64,000 nt of DNA, taken from the NCBI GenBank assembly GCA_023399595.1, contig JAEWOR010000006.1, forward strand, positions 3,176 to 67,175, given 5' to 3'. Of the stretch, positions 30,377-41,404 are shown one piece after another. The translations under genes were made by a program, and so were the position numbers. The first letter of the stretch is position 1. Every line of letters starts with the position of its first letter. The stretch comes from Bacteroidota bacterium. GTDB taxonomy: Bacteria; Bacteroidota; Bacteroidia; Flavobacteriales; Weeksellaceae. The notes under the pieces were generated by a model. It ran no database searches, had not been told where the DNA came from, and was given only the letters and a program-made list of their open reading frames with translations.

Positions 30377-30928
30377 ATGAAGACCAAAGACGCTGAGATT
30401 ATTGCCCTGATGCAGAATACACGAACCCAAGAAAAAGGGATTCGGGCATTGATGGATGCATATCAAAGTAGGTTGTATTGGCATATAAGACGTTTAATTG
30501 TAGATGCAGATTTAGCTCAGGATGTTTTGCAGGAGACTTTTATTAAAGTGTATCAGAATTTTCATCAGTTTAAGAATGACAGTCAGTTATACACTTGGCT
30601 TTACAGAATTGCAACTAACGAAGCTTTACAACAAATTAACAAGCTTAAAAAGATGCAAAAAACAGATGAAGATGCAGATTATTACCTCCAAAACATTGTA
30701 GCTGATGAAGTAGAAAAAGATGGTACAGAAATTCAAATTTTATTGCAAAAAGCAATTCATAGTTTACCAGAAAAACAAAAACTGGTTTTCACAATGAGGT
30801 ATTATGACGATTTGCCGTATGAGGAGATTTCAAAAATTGTTGACATGTCGGTAGGTACATTAAAAACCAATTACCACTATGCCAAGCAAAAAATAGAAGA
30901 TTATATTAAAGAAAATTATGATAAATAA
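30377..30928 (+). CDS. ECF RNA polymerase sigma factor
   Basis: DVLQETFIK, YTWLYRIATN, region 4 YEEIS...SVGTLKT. Confidence 0.93.
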   Translation: MKTKDAEIIALMQNTRTQEKGIRALMDAYQSRLYWHIRRLIVDADLAQDVLQETFIKVYQNFHQFKNDSQLYTWLYRIATNEALQQINKLKKMQKTDEDADYYLQNIVADEVEKDGTEIQILLQKAIHSLPEKQKLVFTMRYYDDLPYEEISKIVDMSVGTLKTNYHYAKQKIEDYIKENYDK

Positions 30929-30944
30929 TTTTTAAGACCGCAAA

Positions 30945-31505
30945 ATGAAGAATTTTGATATAGAAAATTTAGAAAGAAAAAACATTTATAAAATTCCCGA
31001 TACACTTTTTGATAATGTTCAGGAAAATGTGATGAATGCTATTTCTATTGATACTGAAGAAACAGTAATTAGCACTAACAAAGGCAAAATTGTTAAGTTG
31101 AATTGGTGGATGGCTGCGGCAGCATCTTTGGTATTAATATTTGGTTTAGGATGGATATTTTCGGATTCATTCACCAACCAAAACAACATTAATACTATTG
31201 ATACTTTAGTGAAAACTGAGCTTCCACATAATGCAGTAGAAAGTACACAAGCTTACAATATTGTAAAATCTGACGTGAGTTCCATTGATGTTGATGATTC
31301 TAAAAAGAATACAAATACCACTAATGTTAAAACCATTGCTTCACGCCAAGAGATTAAAAAAACGAATATAAAAGCGGTAAATCTTCCAAACAAAGAAGTA
31401 AATGAAGAAGAGATGAATGTATATTTAGATGTTTTGTCCAATAAAGAAATCTCGGACATTGCACAGAATTCAGTTTCGGATGTATATTTAGATTTATATA
31501 ACTAA
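30945..31505 (+). CDS. Putative single-TM anti-sigma factor
   Basis: Follows the ECF sigma. N-terminal YKIPDTLFD, then WWMAAAASLVLIFG TM helix. Confidence 0.65.
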   Translation: MKNFDIENLERKNIYKIPDTLFDNVQENVMNAISIDTEETVISTNKGKIVKLNWWMAAAASLVLIFGLGWIFSDSFTNQNNINTIDTLVKTELPHNAVESTQAYNIVKSDVSSIDVDDSKKNTNTTNVKTIASRQEIKKTNIKAVNLPNKEVNEEEMNVYLDVLSNKEISDIAQNSVSDVYLDLYN

Positions 31506-31511
31506 CAACAA

Positions 31512-32024
31512 ATGAAAAAGATATTTTTATTATATATTCTTATAATCTTCGGAGGATTCAGCATTAATGCGCAGAAGCTTAATTACGATTGGAAGAAAAT
31601 GAAGCCCGAAGAGAGAAAAGAAGTCATTAACAACCTTTCACCTGAGGAAAGAAAAGAACTTTTAAAAAAGTTCAGAAATAATATGGTGATTGAAAATCTA
31701 GACATAAAACCCGAAAATAAAGAGGAGTTTACTAAAGTTTACAACGAATATTTAGAAAACCAATCGAACATAAAAAAACAATTTAATCCGCATTTTAAAC
31801 CAGAAGACCTTTCGGATATTGAAGCTAAGCAAAAACTTAATCAGAGTTTTGAAATGGGACAAAGTTTATTGGATAACAGAAAAAGATATGCAGAAAAATT
31901 TCAGCAAGTAATCCCACCACAAAAGGTTTTAAAACTATTCCAAACAGAAGGAATGGTAAGGGATAAAATGAATGAGAGAAAACATCCTAACACTAGGAAT
32001 TCCTCTCAGAGAAGATCGAGATGA
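31512..32024 (+). CDS. Periplasmic Spy/CpxP-like helical protein of the ECF cluster
   Basis: Signal peptide, helical, IPPQKVLKLF motif, third gene of the ECF operon. Confidence 0.6.
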   Translation: MKKIFLLYILIIFGGFSINAQKLNYDWKKMKPEERKEVINNLSPEERKELLKKFRNNMVIENLDIKPENKEEFTKVYNEYLENQSNIKKQFNPHFKPEDLSDIEAKQKLNQSFEMGQSLLDNRKRYAEKFQQVIPPQKVLKLFQTEGMVRDKMNERKHPNTRNSSQRRSR

Positions 32025-32054
32025 TCTCATAATAGTTTATTTTTTTAATGTTGG

Positions 32055-32096
32055 ACGACTCTCATAAAGTATTTTGTGAGAGTCGTTTAATTTTTG
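32055..32096 (+). terminator. Intrinsic terminator
   Basis: ACGACTCTCA / TGAGAGTCGT stem followed by T-rich sequence. Confidence 0.7.
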
Positions 32097-32142
32097 ATAA
32101 AACATTCTATAATTCTTTTACTTTTGTTAAAAAATAAAGAAT

Positions 32143-33180
32143 ATGAAAACATTATTTGCCTTCACATTTATATTCATTTTTTCTTTTGCGTTCTCGCAAG
32201 ATATTGAACTTATTAAACTTTATAAAAACATTAAAGACAAAAGAGGACTTATAAAATCTCTTAGTGTTATAGATAATAGACCTGATAAAAATATTGGAAC
32301 ATTGTCTGATTCAAAAAAAACAGTGAGTTTAAAGTTTGAAAATGAAGATTTGAAAAGCTATATCGAAAATTGGTTTAACTCGGATAATAAAACAGAAGGA
32401 AATACAGACCTTGTTTTGATGATTGAAGAGATAAAATCTTACCAAGAACAAAATCTTGAAACAAATGAATCCGTTCCAAAACTTAAAGTGAAAATTTCTA
32501 GTTTTATAAAAAGAAATGATAAATATTATTTCATTAATAGATTTGATAATATTGCAATTGTTCCCATTAATAGAGCTGCTTTTTCACAAGATTACTTTGC
32601 AGATCAAATCTCAAATCTCTTTACAAACTTTATAAAATCATCTTACACAAGCACGGTATCAAGCTATGTAATTCCTGAAAATGAAATTAATAATTATAAT
32701 AACTATTTAGTGAAAAACTCCAAAGCTCTGAATAGTTCTGAATTAAAAGATGGTTTTTATAAAAACTTTAAAAATTTTTCGAATCAAGAACCAGATGCAA
32801 ACTACACCTTAGAAAGGAACAAGAAAGGCAAGCCAAAAAGATTGAAATACAATGGTGAACAAGTTCCCTTTTCCGAAATCTATGGGTTTGTAGAAAACGG
32901 AAAAGTTTATAAACTAACACCAGTAGGTTTTGACGAAATGCAAAAAGATGAAAAAGGATTTCACCTCTACACTTCCAGAAATAACATTTTCTTAAAAAAC
33001 TCCAATAATGTAATGATAGGAGCGATGGCAGGAGGAATGGTAGGCGCATTAATCGGCGGAATTATTGATGCCAATTCTAACAATAACTCAGGCGGAATGA
33101 TTCCGTTTGGATACTCAAATCATGCACAATGTATTGTTTATATAGATTCCTTAACTGGAGATTACGTTTTCACTCAATAA
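32143..33180 (+). CDS. Secreted hypothetical protein with C-terminal glycine zipper
   Basis: Signal peptide (AFS-Q), GAMAGGMVGALIGGII. Confidence 0.7.
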   Translation: MKTLFAFTFIFIFSFAFSQDIELIKLYKNIKDKRGLIKSLSVIDNRPDKNIGTLSDSKKTVSLKFENEDLKSYIENWFNSDNKTEGNTDLVLMIEEIKSYQEQNLETNESVPKLKVKISSFIKRNDKYYFINRFDNIAIVPINRAAFSQDYFADQISNLFTNFIKSSYTSTVSSYVIPENEINNYNNYLVKNSKALNSSELKDGFYKNFKNFSNQEPDANYTLERNKKGKPKRLKYNGEQVPFSEIYGFVENGKVYKLTPVGFDEMQKDEKGFHLYTSRNNIFLKNSNNVMIGAMAGGMVGALIGGIIDANSNNNSGGMIPFGYSNHAQCIVYIDSLTGDYVFTQ

Positions 33181-33199
33181 TTTTTCAACTAATTCACTC

Positions 33200-34010
33200 A
33201 TAAAAAAAAGCATTTTATTCTTTTTTATTTCTTTTCGGTTACTTTTCGCTCAAAAAACAATTTATATCCCATTAAAACAAAACTTAAAAAACAAATCTAA
33301 AACAAGCCCACTCACTAATTATTATAGATTTCAGACAAGCCCACTCACTAATTATTATAGATTTCAGAGAAGATAAAAATATTGGAAACATTATTTACAG
33401 AAAAAATAATTTTGATATAAAATTTGAGGATGAAGATTTAAAAACAAAATTGGATTTAAACTTACAAAATTCATCACAAATTCCTATTCTCATCCTGTAA
33501 GTAAATTTGTAATTAATGAAGATAATCTATCTAATTATGAAATAGCATTAACTTCTCAAATAAAATCCTTTAACACCGAAAAAGTTGCGGAAAGAGTATA
33601 TTCAAGCTTTGAAAATTTTTGCAATCAAGAATTTTCAAAAAAATCCTTTGTAAGGAAAAACGAGAAAGGCATCGTAAATGGAGTTGGAGATACAGAAGGT
33701 TATGATGTTTTAAGAAAAAATGTTTTTGCATACGTGGATGAATGAGTTCCCCATTTTTTAACTCCTGTTGGTTTTTTAAAAATGCAAAAAGATCAAAAAG
33801 GATATTACATTTTTGCTACTAAAGAAGAACTTAATCCTGAAAATAATAATCTTACAACTTTCATCGGCGCTATGACTGGGGGAATTATTGGAGGAATTGT
33901 GGGTGGAATTATTGACGCCAACACCAGAAAAAAACAAGTTAGAAGAACAAGATGGCTTTTATAATATTTATATTGATTCTTTAATTGGAGAATTGCTTTA
34001 CGAAAAATAA
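33200..34010 (+). pseudogene. Decayed tandem paralogue of 32143..33180
   Basis: Homologous blocks in different frames (SLIIIDFREDKNIG..KFEDEDLK; FITNSY..LTPVGF..MQKDQKG..GGIIGGIVGGIIDAN; IYIDSLIG). ATA in place of ATG, TGA at 33743, frameshifts and an internal deletion. Confidence 0.85.
33302..33367 (+). repeat. Perfect 33-bp tandem duplication
   Basis: ACAAGCCCACTCACTAATTATTATAGATTTCAG twice (33302-33334, 33335-33367). Confidence 0.95.
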
Positions 34011-34085
34011 GTTTTCATCTGATTTACAGAAAAAAGGGGCTTTTTAAGTCTCTTTTTTTATCTTTGCAAATTACAAGAGTTATAC

Positions 34086-35882
34086 ATGAAAAATATAAGA
34101 AACTTCTGCATCATTGCACATATCGATCACGGTAAAAGTACTTTGGCAGACAGACTTTTAGAATATACCAATACAGTTACCCAAAGAGAGCTTCAATCTC
34201 AGACTTTGGATGACATGGATTTGGAAAAAGAACGCGGTATCACCATTAAATCTCACGCCATCCAAATGGACTATGAGTATAAAGGTGAAAAATTTGTTCT
34301 TAACCTTATTGACACACCAGGACACGTAGATTTTTCTTACGAAGTTTCTCGTTCTATTGCCGCTTGTGAAGGTGCTTTGCTCATTGTAGATGCAGCTCAA
34401 AGTATTCAGGCGCAAACCATTTCCAACCTTTATTTGGCGTTAGAAAACGACCTTACGATTATTCCGATTCTTAATAAAATAGACCTTCCTTCGGCTAATC
34501 CTGAAGAAGTGACCGATGAAATTATGAATCTTATCGGTTGCGAATATGAGGATGTTTTAAGAGTTTCAGGAAAAACAGGTGATGGGGTCCACAATCTTTT
34601 AGAGCAAATCGTAGAAAGAATTCCAGCTCCAGTGGGTGAACCCGATGCACCGCTTCAAGCTTTGATTTTTGACTCTGTTTATAATCCTTTCCGAGGAATT
34701 GAAGCTTATTTTAAAGTCGTAAACGGAAGCATCAAAAAAGGCCAAAAAGTAAAATTCATGGCAACAGGAAAAACCTATGATGCCGATGAAGTGGGAACTT
34801 TGAAACTTAAGCAACTTCCAAAACAAGAAATTAAAACAGGAGATGTTGGTTATATTATTTCCGGGATTAAAGATGCTCGCGAAGTAAAAGTGGGCGACAC
34901 CATTACCGCAACAGATAATCCAGCATTGGCAGCAATCGACGGTTTCGAAGAAGTAAAACCAATGGTTTTCGCAGGTATTTACCCTATTGAATCTGAAGAT
35001 TTTGAAGAATTGAGATTTTCATTAGAAAAACTTCGATTGAATGATGCTTCTTTGGTTTTCGAGCCAGAAAGTTCTGCTGCTTTAGGATTTGGTTTCCGTT
35101 GCGGATTCTTAGGAATGCTTCACATGGAAATTGTGCAAGAGCGTTTGGATAGAGAGTTTAACATGAATGTTATTACCACCGTTCCCAACGTATCTTACTA
35201 TGGATATACAAAGAAAGAACCGGAAGTTCCTATTTTGATTAACAACCCGTCAGAAATGATGGATCCCATGACGATGGATCGCGTGGAAGAACCTTATATT
35301 AAAGCTTCTATCATCACAAAATCAGATTTTGTAGGTGCCGTAATGACGCTTTGTATTGAAAAACGTGGCGAAATTGTCAACCAAAGTTATTTAACCGCAG
35401 ACAGAGTAGAATTAATTTTCAATATGCCATTGGCGGAAGTTGTTTTCGATTTCTACGATCGTTTAAAATCAATTTCTAAAGGTTATGCCTCTTTCGATTA
35501 TCATCCAATCGGATTCCGTGCTTCTAAATTAGTGAAAATGGACATCTTGATTAATGGTGATATGGTGGATGCTTTATCTTCATTAATTCACGATTCCAAT
35601 GCTTATTACATTGGAAAAAGAATGTGCGAAAAATTGCGTGAGTTAATTCCAAGACAACAGTTTGACATTGCTGTTCAGGCCGCTTTGGGAGCGAAAATTA
35701 TCGCTAGAGAGACCATTAAAGCGCTAAGAAAAGACGTTACCGCAAAGTGTTATGGTGGCGACATCTCCAGAAAACGTAAACTTCTTGAAAAACAAAAAGA
35801 AGGTAAGAAGAAAATGAAACAAATTGGTCGTGTAGAAGTTCCGCAATCTGCATTTATGGCTGTATTGAAGCTGAACGATTAA
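34086..35882 (+). CDS. lepA: Translation elongation factor 4
   Basis: [47 protein letters not shown]. Promoter TATCTTTG at 34059-34066. Confidence 0.98.
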   Translation: MKNIRNFCIIAHIDHGKSTLADRLLEYTNTVTQRELQSQTLDDMDLEKERGITIKSHAIQMDYEYKGEKFVLNLIDTPGHVDFSYEVSRSIAACEGALLIVDAAQSIQAQTISNLYLALENDLTIIPILNKIDLPSANPEEVTDEIMNLIGCEYEDVLRVSGKTGDGVHNLLEQIVERIPAPVGEPDAPLQALIFDSVYNPFRGIEAYFKVVNGSIKKGQKVKFMATGKTYDADEVGTLKLKQLPKQEIKTGDVGYIISGIKDAREVKVGDTITATDNPALAAIDGFEEVKPMVFAGIYPIESEDFEELRFSLEKLRLNDASLVFEPESSAALGFGFRCGFLGMLHMEIVQERLDREFNMNVITTVPNVSYYGYTKKEPEVPILINNPSEMMDPMTMDRVEEPYIKASIITKSDFVGAVMTLCIEKRGEIVNQSYLTADRVELIFNMPLAEVVFDFYDRLKSISKGYASFDYHPIGFRASKLVKMDILINGDMVDALSSLIHDSNAYYIGKRMCEKLRELIPRQQFDIAVQAALGAKIIARETIKALRKDVTAKCYGGDISRKRKLLEKQKEGKKKMKQIGRVEVPQSAFMAVLKLND

Positions 35883-35902
35883 TTTATAGATAATATCAAA
35901 CA

Positions 35903-35939
35903 TACCCCCCGGCATGAACTTCGTTAATGCCGAGGGGTA
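35903..35939. repeat. GC-rich imperfect palindrome (REP-like hairpin)
   Basis: TACCCCCCGGCATGAAC-TTC-GTTAATGCCGAGGGGTA, 17-bp arms with 2 mismatches, no U-tract. Confidence 0.6.
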
Positions 35940-35984
35940 ATTATATGAAGCATTCGTATTCTTCCAAAAAATAAAGAAAGGAAT

Positions 35985-36015
35985 AAAAAAAAATCCCTTC
36001 AAAAATGAAGGGATT
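35985..36015 (-). terminator. Intrinsic terminator
   Basis: AATCCCTTCA / TGAAGGGATT stem with an A-tract on the left. Confidence 0.7.
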
Positions 36016-36037
36016 ATATATTGAAAATTAAATTTTC

Positions 36038-36316
36038 TTAGTGATGAGCTTCATGAATAAAAGGGCCATTCCCTTTTGGCTGATTGTAGATTACTTCTAC
36101 ACCATCTTGCTCATAAATATTCTTTCTTCTAATATCTTCAGGATCAAAAGCTTTTGTCTTACCAAAATATTCCATTAATCCTTCAGATAGCCACAATGGG
36201 ATTACAAATCCGAAGAACATAAAAATACACCAAAATCCTACTAAGAACATTATGATGAAATAAACTGTCCAAAGGAATTGATAAAAAGGCCAAAATGAAG
36301 ATAATATCGTTAACAT
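36038..36316 (-). CDS. Small hypothetical membrane protein
   Basis: Long hydrophobic, aromatic N-terminal half and soluble tail; has its own terminator. Confidence 0.65.
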   Translation of the reverse strand: MLTILSSFWPFYQFLWTVYFIIMFLVGFWCIFMFFGFVIPLWLSEGLMEYFGKTKAFDPEDIRRKNIYEQDGVEVIYNQPKGNGPFIHEAHH

Positions 36317-36411
36317 TGTTTTCAGTATTTAGGGCAAAAATACTCTAATTTTTTGTTTAAACAAAAGTTTTAAAGATGATTTTTGCAATTTAAAATTATT
36401 TTAAAAAATTA

Positions 36412-38016
36412 CTACGCCAAATTAGCAAAGAAATCGTTGCCTTTGTTGTCTGTGATGATGAATGCAGGGAAATCTACCACTTCAATTTTACGAACCGCTT
36501 CCATTCCTAATTCTGGGAAATCTACCACTTCCACAGATTTGATGTTTTCTTTTGCTAAAATCGCCGCTGGACCACCGATAGAGCCTAAATAGAATCCACC
36601 ATACTTTCCGCAAGCGTTGGTTACATCTTTACTTCTGTTTCCTTTGGCAAGCATTACCATACTTCCGCCATTCGCTTGGAATTCATCTACGTAAACATCC
36701 ATTCTTCCCGCCGTTGTCGGTCCGAAACTTCCTGAAGGCATTCCTTCTGGTGTTTTTGCTGGTCCCGCATAATAAATGGGGTGATTTTTAAAATATTCTG
36801 GCATGGGCTGTCCTGCATCCAATAATTCTTTGATTTTTGCGTGAGCGATATCTCTAGCAACAATCAGCGTTCCGTTCAATTTTAAGCGGGTTTTGATTGG
36901 ATATTTTGAAAGTTCGGCAAGAATTTCTGGCATTGGACGATTTAAGTCAATCTCTACGGCCTCTTCCAAATGTGGAGGTGTTGCAGGTAAAAATTTCTCA
37001 GGATTGGTTTCCAATTGCTCCAAGAAAATCCCGTCTTTTGTAATTTTCCCTTTGATATTTCTATCCGCAGAACAAGAAACACCCATTCCAACTGGACAAG
37101 AAGCTGCATGACGCGGTAAACGAATCACTCGAACATCATGCGTTAAATATTTTCCACCAAACTGAGCTCCGATAGAAGATTTTTGACAAATTTCCTGAAC
37201 TCTTTTTTCCCATTCCAAATCACGGAAGGCTTGGCCGCCCATATTTCCTTCGGTTGGAAGATTGTCATAATAACCTGCACTTGCTTTTTTCACCGCTGCT
37301 AAATTTGCTTCCGCAGAAGTTCCGCCAATTACCAAAGCCAAATGGTAAGGAGGACAAGCTGCAGTTCCCAAATCCATGATTTTTTCTTTGATGAAAGCCT
37401 CTAGAGAAGCATCATTCAACAAAGATTTTGTTTTTTGATACAGAAAAGTTTTGTTCGCAGAGCCACCCCCTTTCGCTAAAAATAAAAATTTGTAAGCATT
37501 CCCTTCTTCCGCATAAATATCAATTTGTGCAGGCAAGTTAGAACCCGAATTTTTCTCCTCAAACATCGTTAGAGGAACAATTTGAGAATATCTTAAATTT
37601 TGTTCTTGGTAAGTGTTGTAAATTCCTTTCGAAATCCATTCTGCGTCGTTGCATCCTGTGTACACATTCTCCCCTTTTTTAGCCACACAAATAGCAGTCC
37701 CGGTGTCTTGACAAGAAGGTAAAGCTCCCTGAACCGCTACAGATGCGTTTTGTAGAAGATTATACGCCACGAAACGGTCGTTGTCCGTAGCCTCTGGATC
37801 GTCGATAATATTTTTAAGTTTTTGCAAATGCGCTGAACGAAGCAAAAAGGAAACGTCTTTCATCGCGTTTTCAGATAAAAGTTCCAACGCTTTTGGATCA
37901 ACAGAAAGAATTTCTCTGTCGCCCAATTTTTCAACTTTTACGTAATCTGAACTTAGTTTTTTGTATTGTGTATCGTCTTTTAGAATAGGAAATGGTTCCT
38001 GATATGAAAATTCCAT
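36412..38016 (-). CDS. fumA: Fumarate hydratase class I (Fe-S dependent)
   Basis: [42 protein letters not shown]. Confidence 0.95.
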   Translation of the reverse strand: MEFSYQEPFPILKDDTQYKKLSSDYVKVEKLGDREILSVDPKALELLSENAMKDVSFLLRSAHLQKLKNIIDDPEATDNDRFVAYNLLQNASVAVQGALPSCQDTGTAICVAKKGENVYTGCNDAEWISKGIYNTYQEQNLRYSQIVPLTMFEEKNSGSNLPAQIDIYAEEGNAYKFLFLAKGGGSANKTFLYQKTKSLLNDASLEAFIKEKIMDLGTAACPPYHLALVIGGTSAEANLAAVKKASAGYYDNLPTEGNMGGQAFRDLEWEKRVQEICQKSSIGAQFGGKYLTHDVRVIRLPRHAASCPVGMGVSCSADRNIKGKITKDGIFLEQLETNPEKFLPATPPHLEEAVEIDLNRPMPEILAELSKYPIKTRLKLNGTLIVARDIAHAKIKELLDAGQPMPEYFKNHPIYYAGPAKTPEGMPSGSFGPTTAGRMDVYVDEFQANGGSMVMLAKGNRSKDVTNACGKYGGFYLGSIGGPAAILAKENIKSVEVVDFPELGMEAVRKIEVVDFPAFIITDNKGNDFFANLA

Positions 38017-38111
38017 TAGAAAAATTTTTGTAGAAAATTAAAGATGTAAAAATAAGGAATACAAAATGCTCATGTTGAATAAAATGCGTGAAAAAAATCA
38101 CTTCTATCGAT

Positions 38112-38130
38112 ATTTATAATCAATATAAAT
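38112..38130. promoter_or_regulatory. 7-5-7 inverted repeat, putative repressor operator
   Basis: ATTTATA-ATCAA-TATAAAT in the divergent fumA / epimerase-fumC region. Confidence 0.45.
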
Positions 38131-38168
38131 TGGCTTAGAAAAAATTTCTTCCTAACTTTAATTTCGCA

Positions 38169-38939
38169 ATGAAAAAATCAACAAAAAAAGTAGGAATTAT
38201 CGGCTGTGGTTGGCTAGGAATAAGACTTGCAAAGCATTTGATGACACAATTTCAAGTTTTTACAACTACCACATCAGAAAAAAAGAAAATAGATTTGGAA
38301 CGACTTGGAATTCCGACCTGGGTGGTTAATTTTGATTCCGACAAAGGTTTAAAACCAAACGAAAACTGGCTCGGTTTAGATGCAATCATTATCACCGTTC
38401 CGTTTTCTAAATCTCATAATGTTGAACAATTGAAAGAGCGGTTTAAAACATTGAGTAAATTTATTCAAGGTTTCCCAAAACAAGTATTTCTTATGAGCTC
38501 TGTTGGAATTTATCCTCAAATGAATCAGAAAATTACCGAAGCCAATTTGGATAAAACTCAATTAAACCCTACGATTCTTGCTGTTGAAAATTTAATGAAG
38601 AAGCAATTTCCGCAAATCAATATTTTACGATTGGGCGGATTGATGGGAGATGATCGTTATATAAGTAAATACAAAATTTCGGAACCCAATCAAATAGTGA
38701 ATCACATTCATTTTGATGACATTGTAAATATTATCGAAAAGATGATTGATGAAAATTGGAATACGAAGAAATATAATTTGGTAGCACCTTTGCATCCAAC
38801 AAAACAAGAGGTTATCGACTACCAAACCCAAAAAGTAGAAACAAAGATTCAGGAAACTTATGGTAGAGAAATTAGTTCAGCACTTTTAATCAATGATTTA
38901 AAATATCAATTCCATCATCCTGATCCAACAAAATTTTAA
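38169..38939 (+). CDS. NAD-dependent epimerase/atypical SDR (YeeZ-like)
   Basis: IIGCGWLG, MSSVGIY, ILRLGGLMG, NHIHFDD. Confidence 0.8.
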   Translation: MKKSTKKVGIIGCGWLGIRLAKHLMTQFQVFTTTTSEKKKIDLERLGIPTWVVNFDSDKGLKPNENWLGLDAIIITVPFSKSHNVEQLKERFKTLSKFIQGFPKQVFLMSSVGIYPQMNQKITEANLDKTQLNPTILAVENLMKKQFPQINILRLGGLMGDDRYISKYKISEPNQIVNHIHFDDIVNIIEKMIDENWNTKKYNLVAPLHPTKQEVIDYQTQKVETKIQETYGREISSALLINDLKYQFHHPDPTKF

Positions 38940-38954
38940 TCAAATCTTAAAAAA

Positions 38955-40349
38955 ATGGAATACAGAATAGAACACGACACGATGGGCGAAGTAAAAGTCC
39001 CTGCCGATAAATATTGGGGTGCCCAAACCGAAAGATCACGTAACAATTTTAAAATTGGTCCCGAAGCATCCATGCCTCACGAAATCATCGAAGCTTTTGC
39101 GTATTTAAAAAAAGCGGCGGCTTTTGCTAATGCAGATTTAGGCGTACTTCCAACAGAAAAAAGAGACATGATTGCAAGAGTTTGTGAAGAAATTTTGGAC
39201 GGAAAACTCAACGATCAATTTCCGTTGGTGATTTGGCAAACGGGTTCTGGAACACAATCCAACATGAATGTGAATGAAGTTATCTCTAACCGAGCTCATG
39301 TTCTCAATGGCGGGAAGTTGGGCGAAACATCTGAAATTCATCCAAATGATGACGTCAACAAATCTCAATCATCCAACGATACTTATCCAACGGCAATGCA
39401 CATTGCAGCATACAAAAAAGTAGTAGAACAAACCATTCCAGCTGTTGAAAAACTAAAAATTACGTTGAAAGAAAAATCCGATGCTTTTAAGGATATTGTG
39501 AAGATTGGTAGAACGCATTTAATGGATGCAACGCCATTAACGCTCGGACAAGAATTTTCGGGTTATGTGGCTCAATTGGAATTTGGTTTACGCGCTCTGA
39601 AAAACACACTTCCGCATCTTTCAGAATTAGCTTTGGGCGGAACAGCAGTTGGAACAGGCCTCAACACTCCAAAAGCATACGATGTAAAAGTCGCAGAATA
39701 TATTGCAAAATTTACGGGACATCCTTTCATCACGGCAGAAAATAAATTTGAAGCTTTGGCCGCTCACGATGCAATCGTAGAATCTCACGGCGCTTTGAAA
39801 CAATTGGCGGTTTCACTTTTCAAAATTGCACAAGATATCAGAATGTTGGCTTCTGGACCTCGTTCAGGAATTGGCGAAATTCATATTCCAGAAAATGAAC
39901 CTGGCTCATCCATCATGCCCGGAAAAGTAAATCCCACCCAAAACGAAGCTCTGACTATGGTTTGTGCTCAAGTTTTAGGAAATGACACCACGATTTCGTT
40001 TGCAGGAACGCAAGGAAATTATGAACTCAATGTTTTCAAACCTGTGATGGCGTACAATTTTTTACAATCGGCGCAGTTGATTGCAGATGCTTGTATTTCA
40101 TTCAACGTTCATTGTGCAGTGGGAATTGAACCGAATTTACCAAGAATTAAAGAATTAGTGGATAAATCTTTAATGTTGGTTACGGCATTAAATACGCATA
40201 TCGGCTACGAAAACGCTGCAAAAATTGCGAAAACAGCTCACAAAAACGGAACAACTTTAAAAGAAGAAGCTATTAATCTTGGATTGTTAACGGCAGAACA
40301 ATTTGATGAATGGGTAAAACCTGAAGACATGGTGGGAAGTTTGAAGTAG
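38955..40349 (+). CDS. fumC: Fumarate hydratase class II
   Basis: [33 protein letters not shown]. Confidence 0.97.
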   Translation: MEYRIEHDTMGEVKVPADKYWGAQTERSRNNFKIGPEASMPHEIIEAFAYLKKAAAFANADLGVLPTEKRDMIARVCEEILDGKLNDQFPLVIWQTGSGTQSNMNVNEVISNRAHVLNGGKLGETSEIHPNDDVNKSQSSNDTYPTAMHIAAYKKVVEQTIPAVEKLKITLKEKSDAFKDIVKIGRTHLMDATPLTLGQEFSGYVAQLEFGLRALKNTLPHLSELALGGTAVGTGLNTPKAYDVKVAEYIAKFTGHPFITAENKFEALAAHDAIVESHGALKQLAVSLFKIAQDIRMLASGPRSGIGEIHIPENEPGSSIMPGKVNPTQNEALTMVCAQVLGNDTTISFAGTQGNYELNVFKPVMAYNFLQSAQLIADACISFNVHCAVGIEPNLPRIKELVDKSLMLVTALNTHIGYENAAKIAKTAHKNGTTLKEEAINLGLLTAEQFDEWVKPEDMVGSLK

Positions 40350-40390
40350 AATAAAGAATCACGAGACGAGAGGTAAGAATTAAGATTTAA

Positions 40391-40432
40391 AATTAGAAAA
40401 CCTCTGAGAAATTTCTCAGAGGTTTTCTAATT
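40391..40432. terminator. Perfect 42-bp palindrome, probable bidirectional terminator
   Basis: AATTAGAAAACCTCTGAGAAA-TTTCTCAGAGGTTTTCTAATT between convergent genes. Confidence 0.75.
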
Positions 40433-40576
40433 GCAAAATTTAGTTTTAGAATAAATAAAAGAAGAACATTAATGCTAGTTTAAAATCCTTTATATATTTC
40501 AGTATTAAACTAAAAACATAGTATTGAAATAGTGACAATGAATCACGTTTTGAGGATCTGAAATCATCATTTGAAA

Positions 40577-41287
40577 TTAAGAAAGGACAACCTGATCTGC
40601 AAAATATTGTTCCAAATCTCTCAAGGTTTCTGGACTTGTTTGAATATCTCTTACCAATTCACCTTTGTTGAGCACTACAATTCTATCACAAACTTCCGTG
40701 GTGTGAGAAAGGTCGTGACTAGAAATTAAAAAAGTAATATTGTCATTTTTTGACCAATTTTTAATCAAAAACTTGAGTTTAATTTGTGTTGAAGGATCAA
40801 GATTAGCAAAAGGTTCATCTAAAACAATTACTTTAGGAGTTCCTATTAAAGCACCAACAATACCCACTTTTTTCATATTTCCTTTAGAAAGATCGCGGAT
40901 ATATTTTCCGGCTTTTAAAATTTCACCGTTAAAAAAATCATCAAACTGCTTTAAAAATTCATCCACATTCAATTTGTTTTGACCTCGAAGTTCTCCTAAA
41001 AAATAAAAATATTCTTCTGGCGTTAGATAACCAATCAAAAACGTCTCGTCAATAAATGCAGAAACATCATTTTTCCATTTTTCAGAAGTGTTGACTTGTT
41101 CTCCATTGATATGAACACTACCGCTAGTCGCCTGAATTAAATCTAATAAACAACTAAAAAGAGTGGTCTTTCCTGCTCCATTATTCCCGACTAAACCGAA
41201 AGTTTGCCCGTCTGGAATATCTAAATTTGGAATATCTAAAACTTTATTATTCCCGTAAACCTTTGATATATTTTGAATTGAAATCAT
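40577..41287 (-). CDS. ABC transporter ATP-binding protein
   Basis: GNNGAGKTT, LSKGN signature, LDEPFANLD, SSH. Confidence 0.93.
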   Translation of the reverse strand: MISIQNISKVYGNNKVLDIPNLDIPDGQTFGLVGNNGAGKTTLFSCLLDLIQATSGSVHINGEQVNTSEKWKNDVSAFIDETFLIGYLTPEEYFYFLGELRGQNKLNVDEFLKQFDDFFNGEILKAGKYIRDLSKGNMKKVGIVGALIGTPKVIVLDEPFANLDPSTQIKLKFLIKNWSKNDNITFLISSHDLSHTTEVCDRIVVLNKGELVRDIQTSPETLRDLEQYFADQVVLS

Positions 41288-41350
41288 TTTATCAATTTAA
41301 TTAACGATAAAAATACATTATTAATTTGTGATGAAAAAATTCCTTAAATC

Positions 41351-41382
41351 AAAAAAAGACAACTTTTCCAAAGCTGTCTTTT
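41351..41382 (-). terminator. Intrinsic terminator ending the suf operon
   Basis: AAAAAAAGACA...TGTCTTTT. Confidence 0.65.
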
Positions 41383-41404
41383 AAAATATATGTGAAAATC
41401 TATT

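Noticed and set aside
33302..33367. 33-bp repeat as a possible CRISPR remnant
   Set aside because: The two copies are directly adjacent with no spacer, lie inside a pseudogene, and no cas genes are present.
33782..33964. 60-aa ORF as a small glycine-zipper bacteriocin
   Set aside because: It is a fragment of the 33200-34010 pseudogene; homology continues on both sides.
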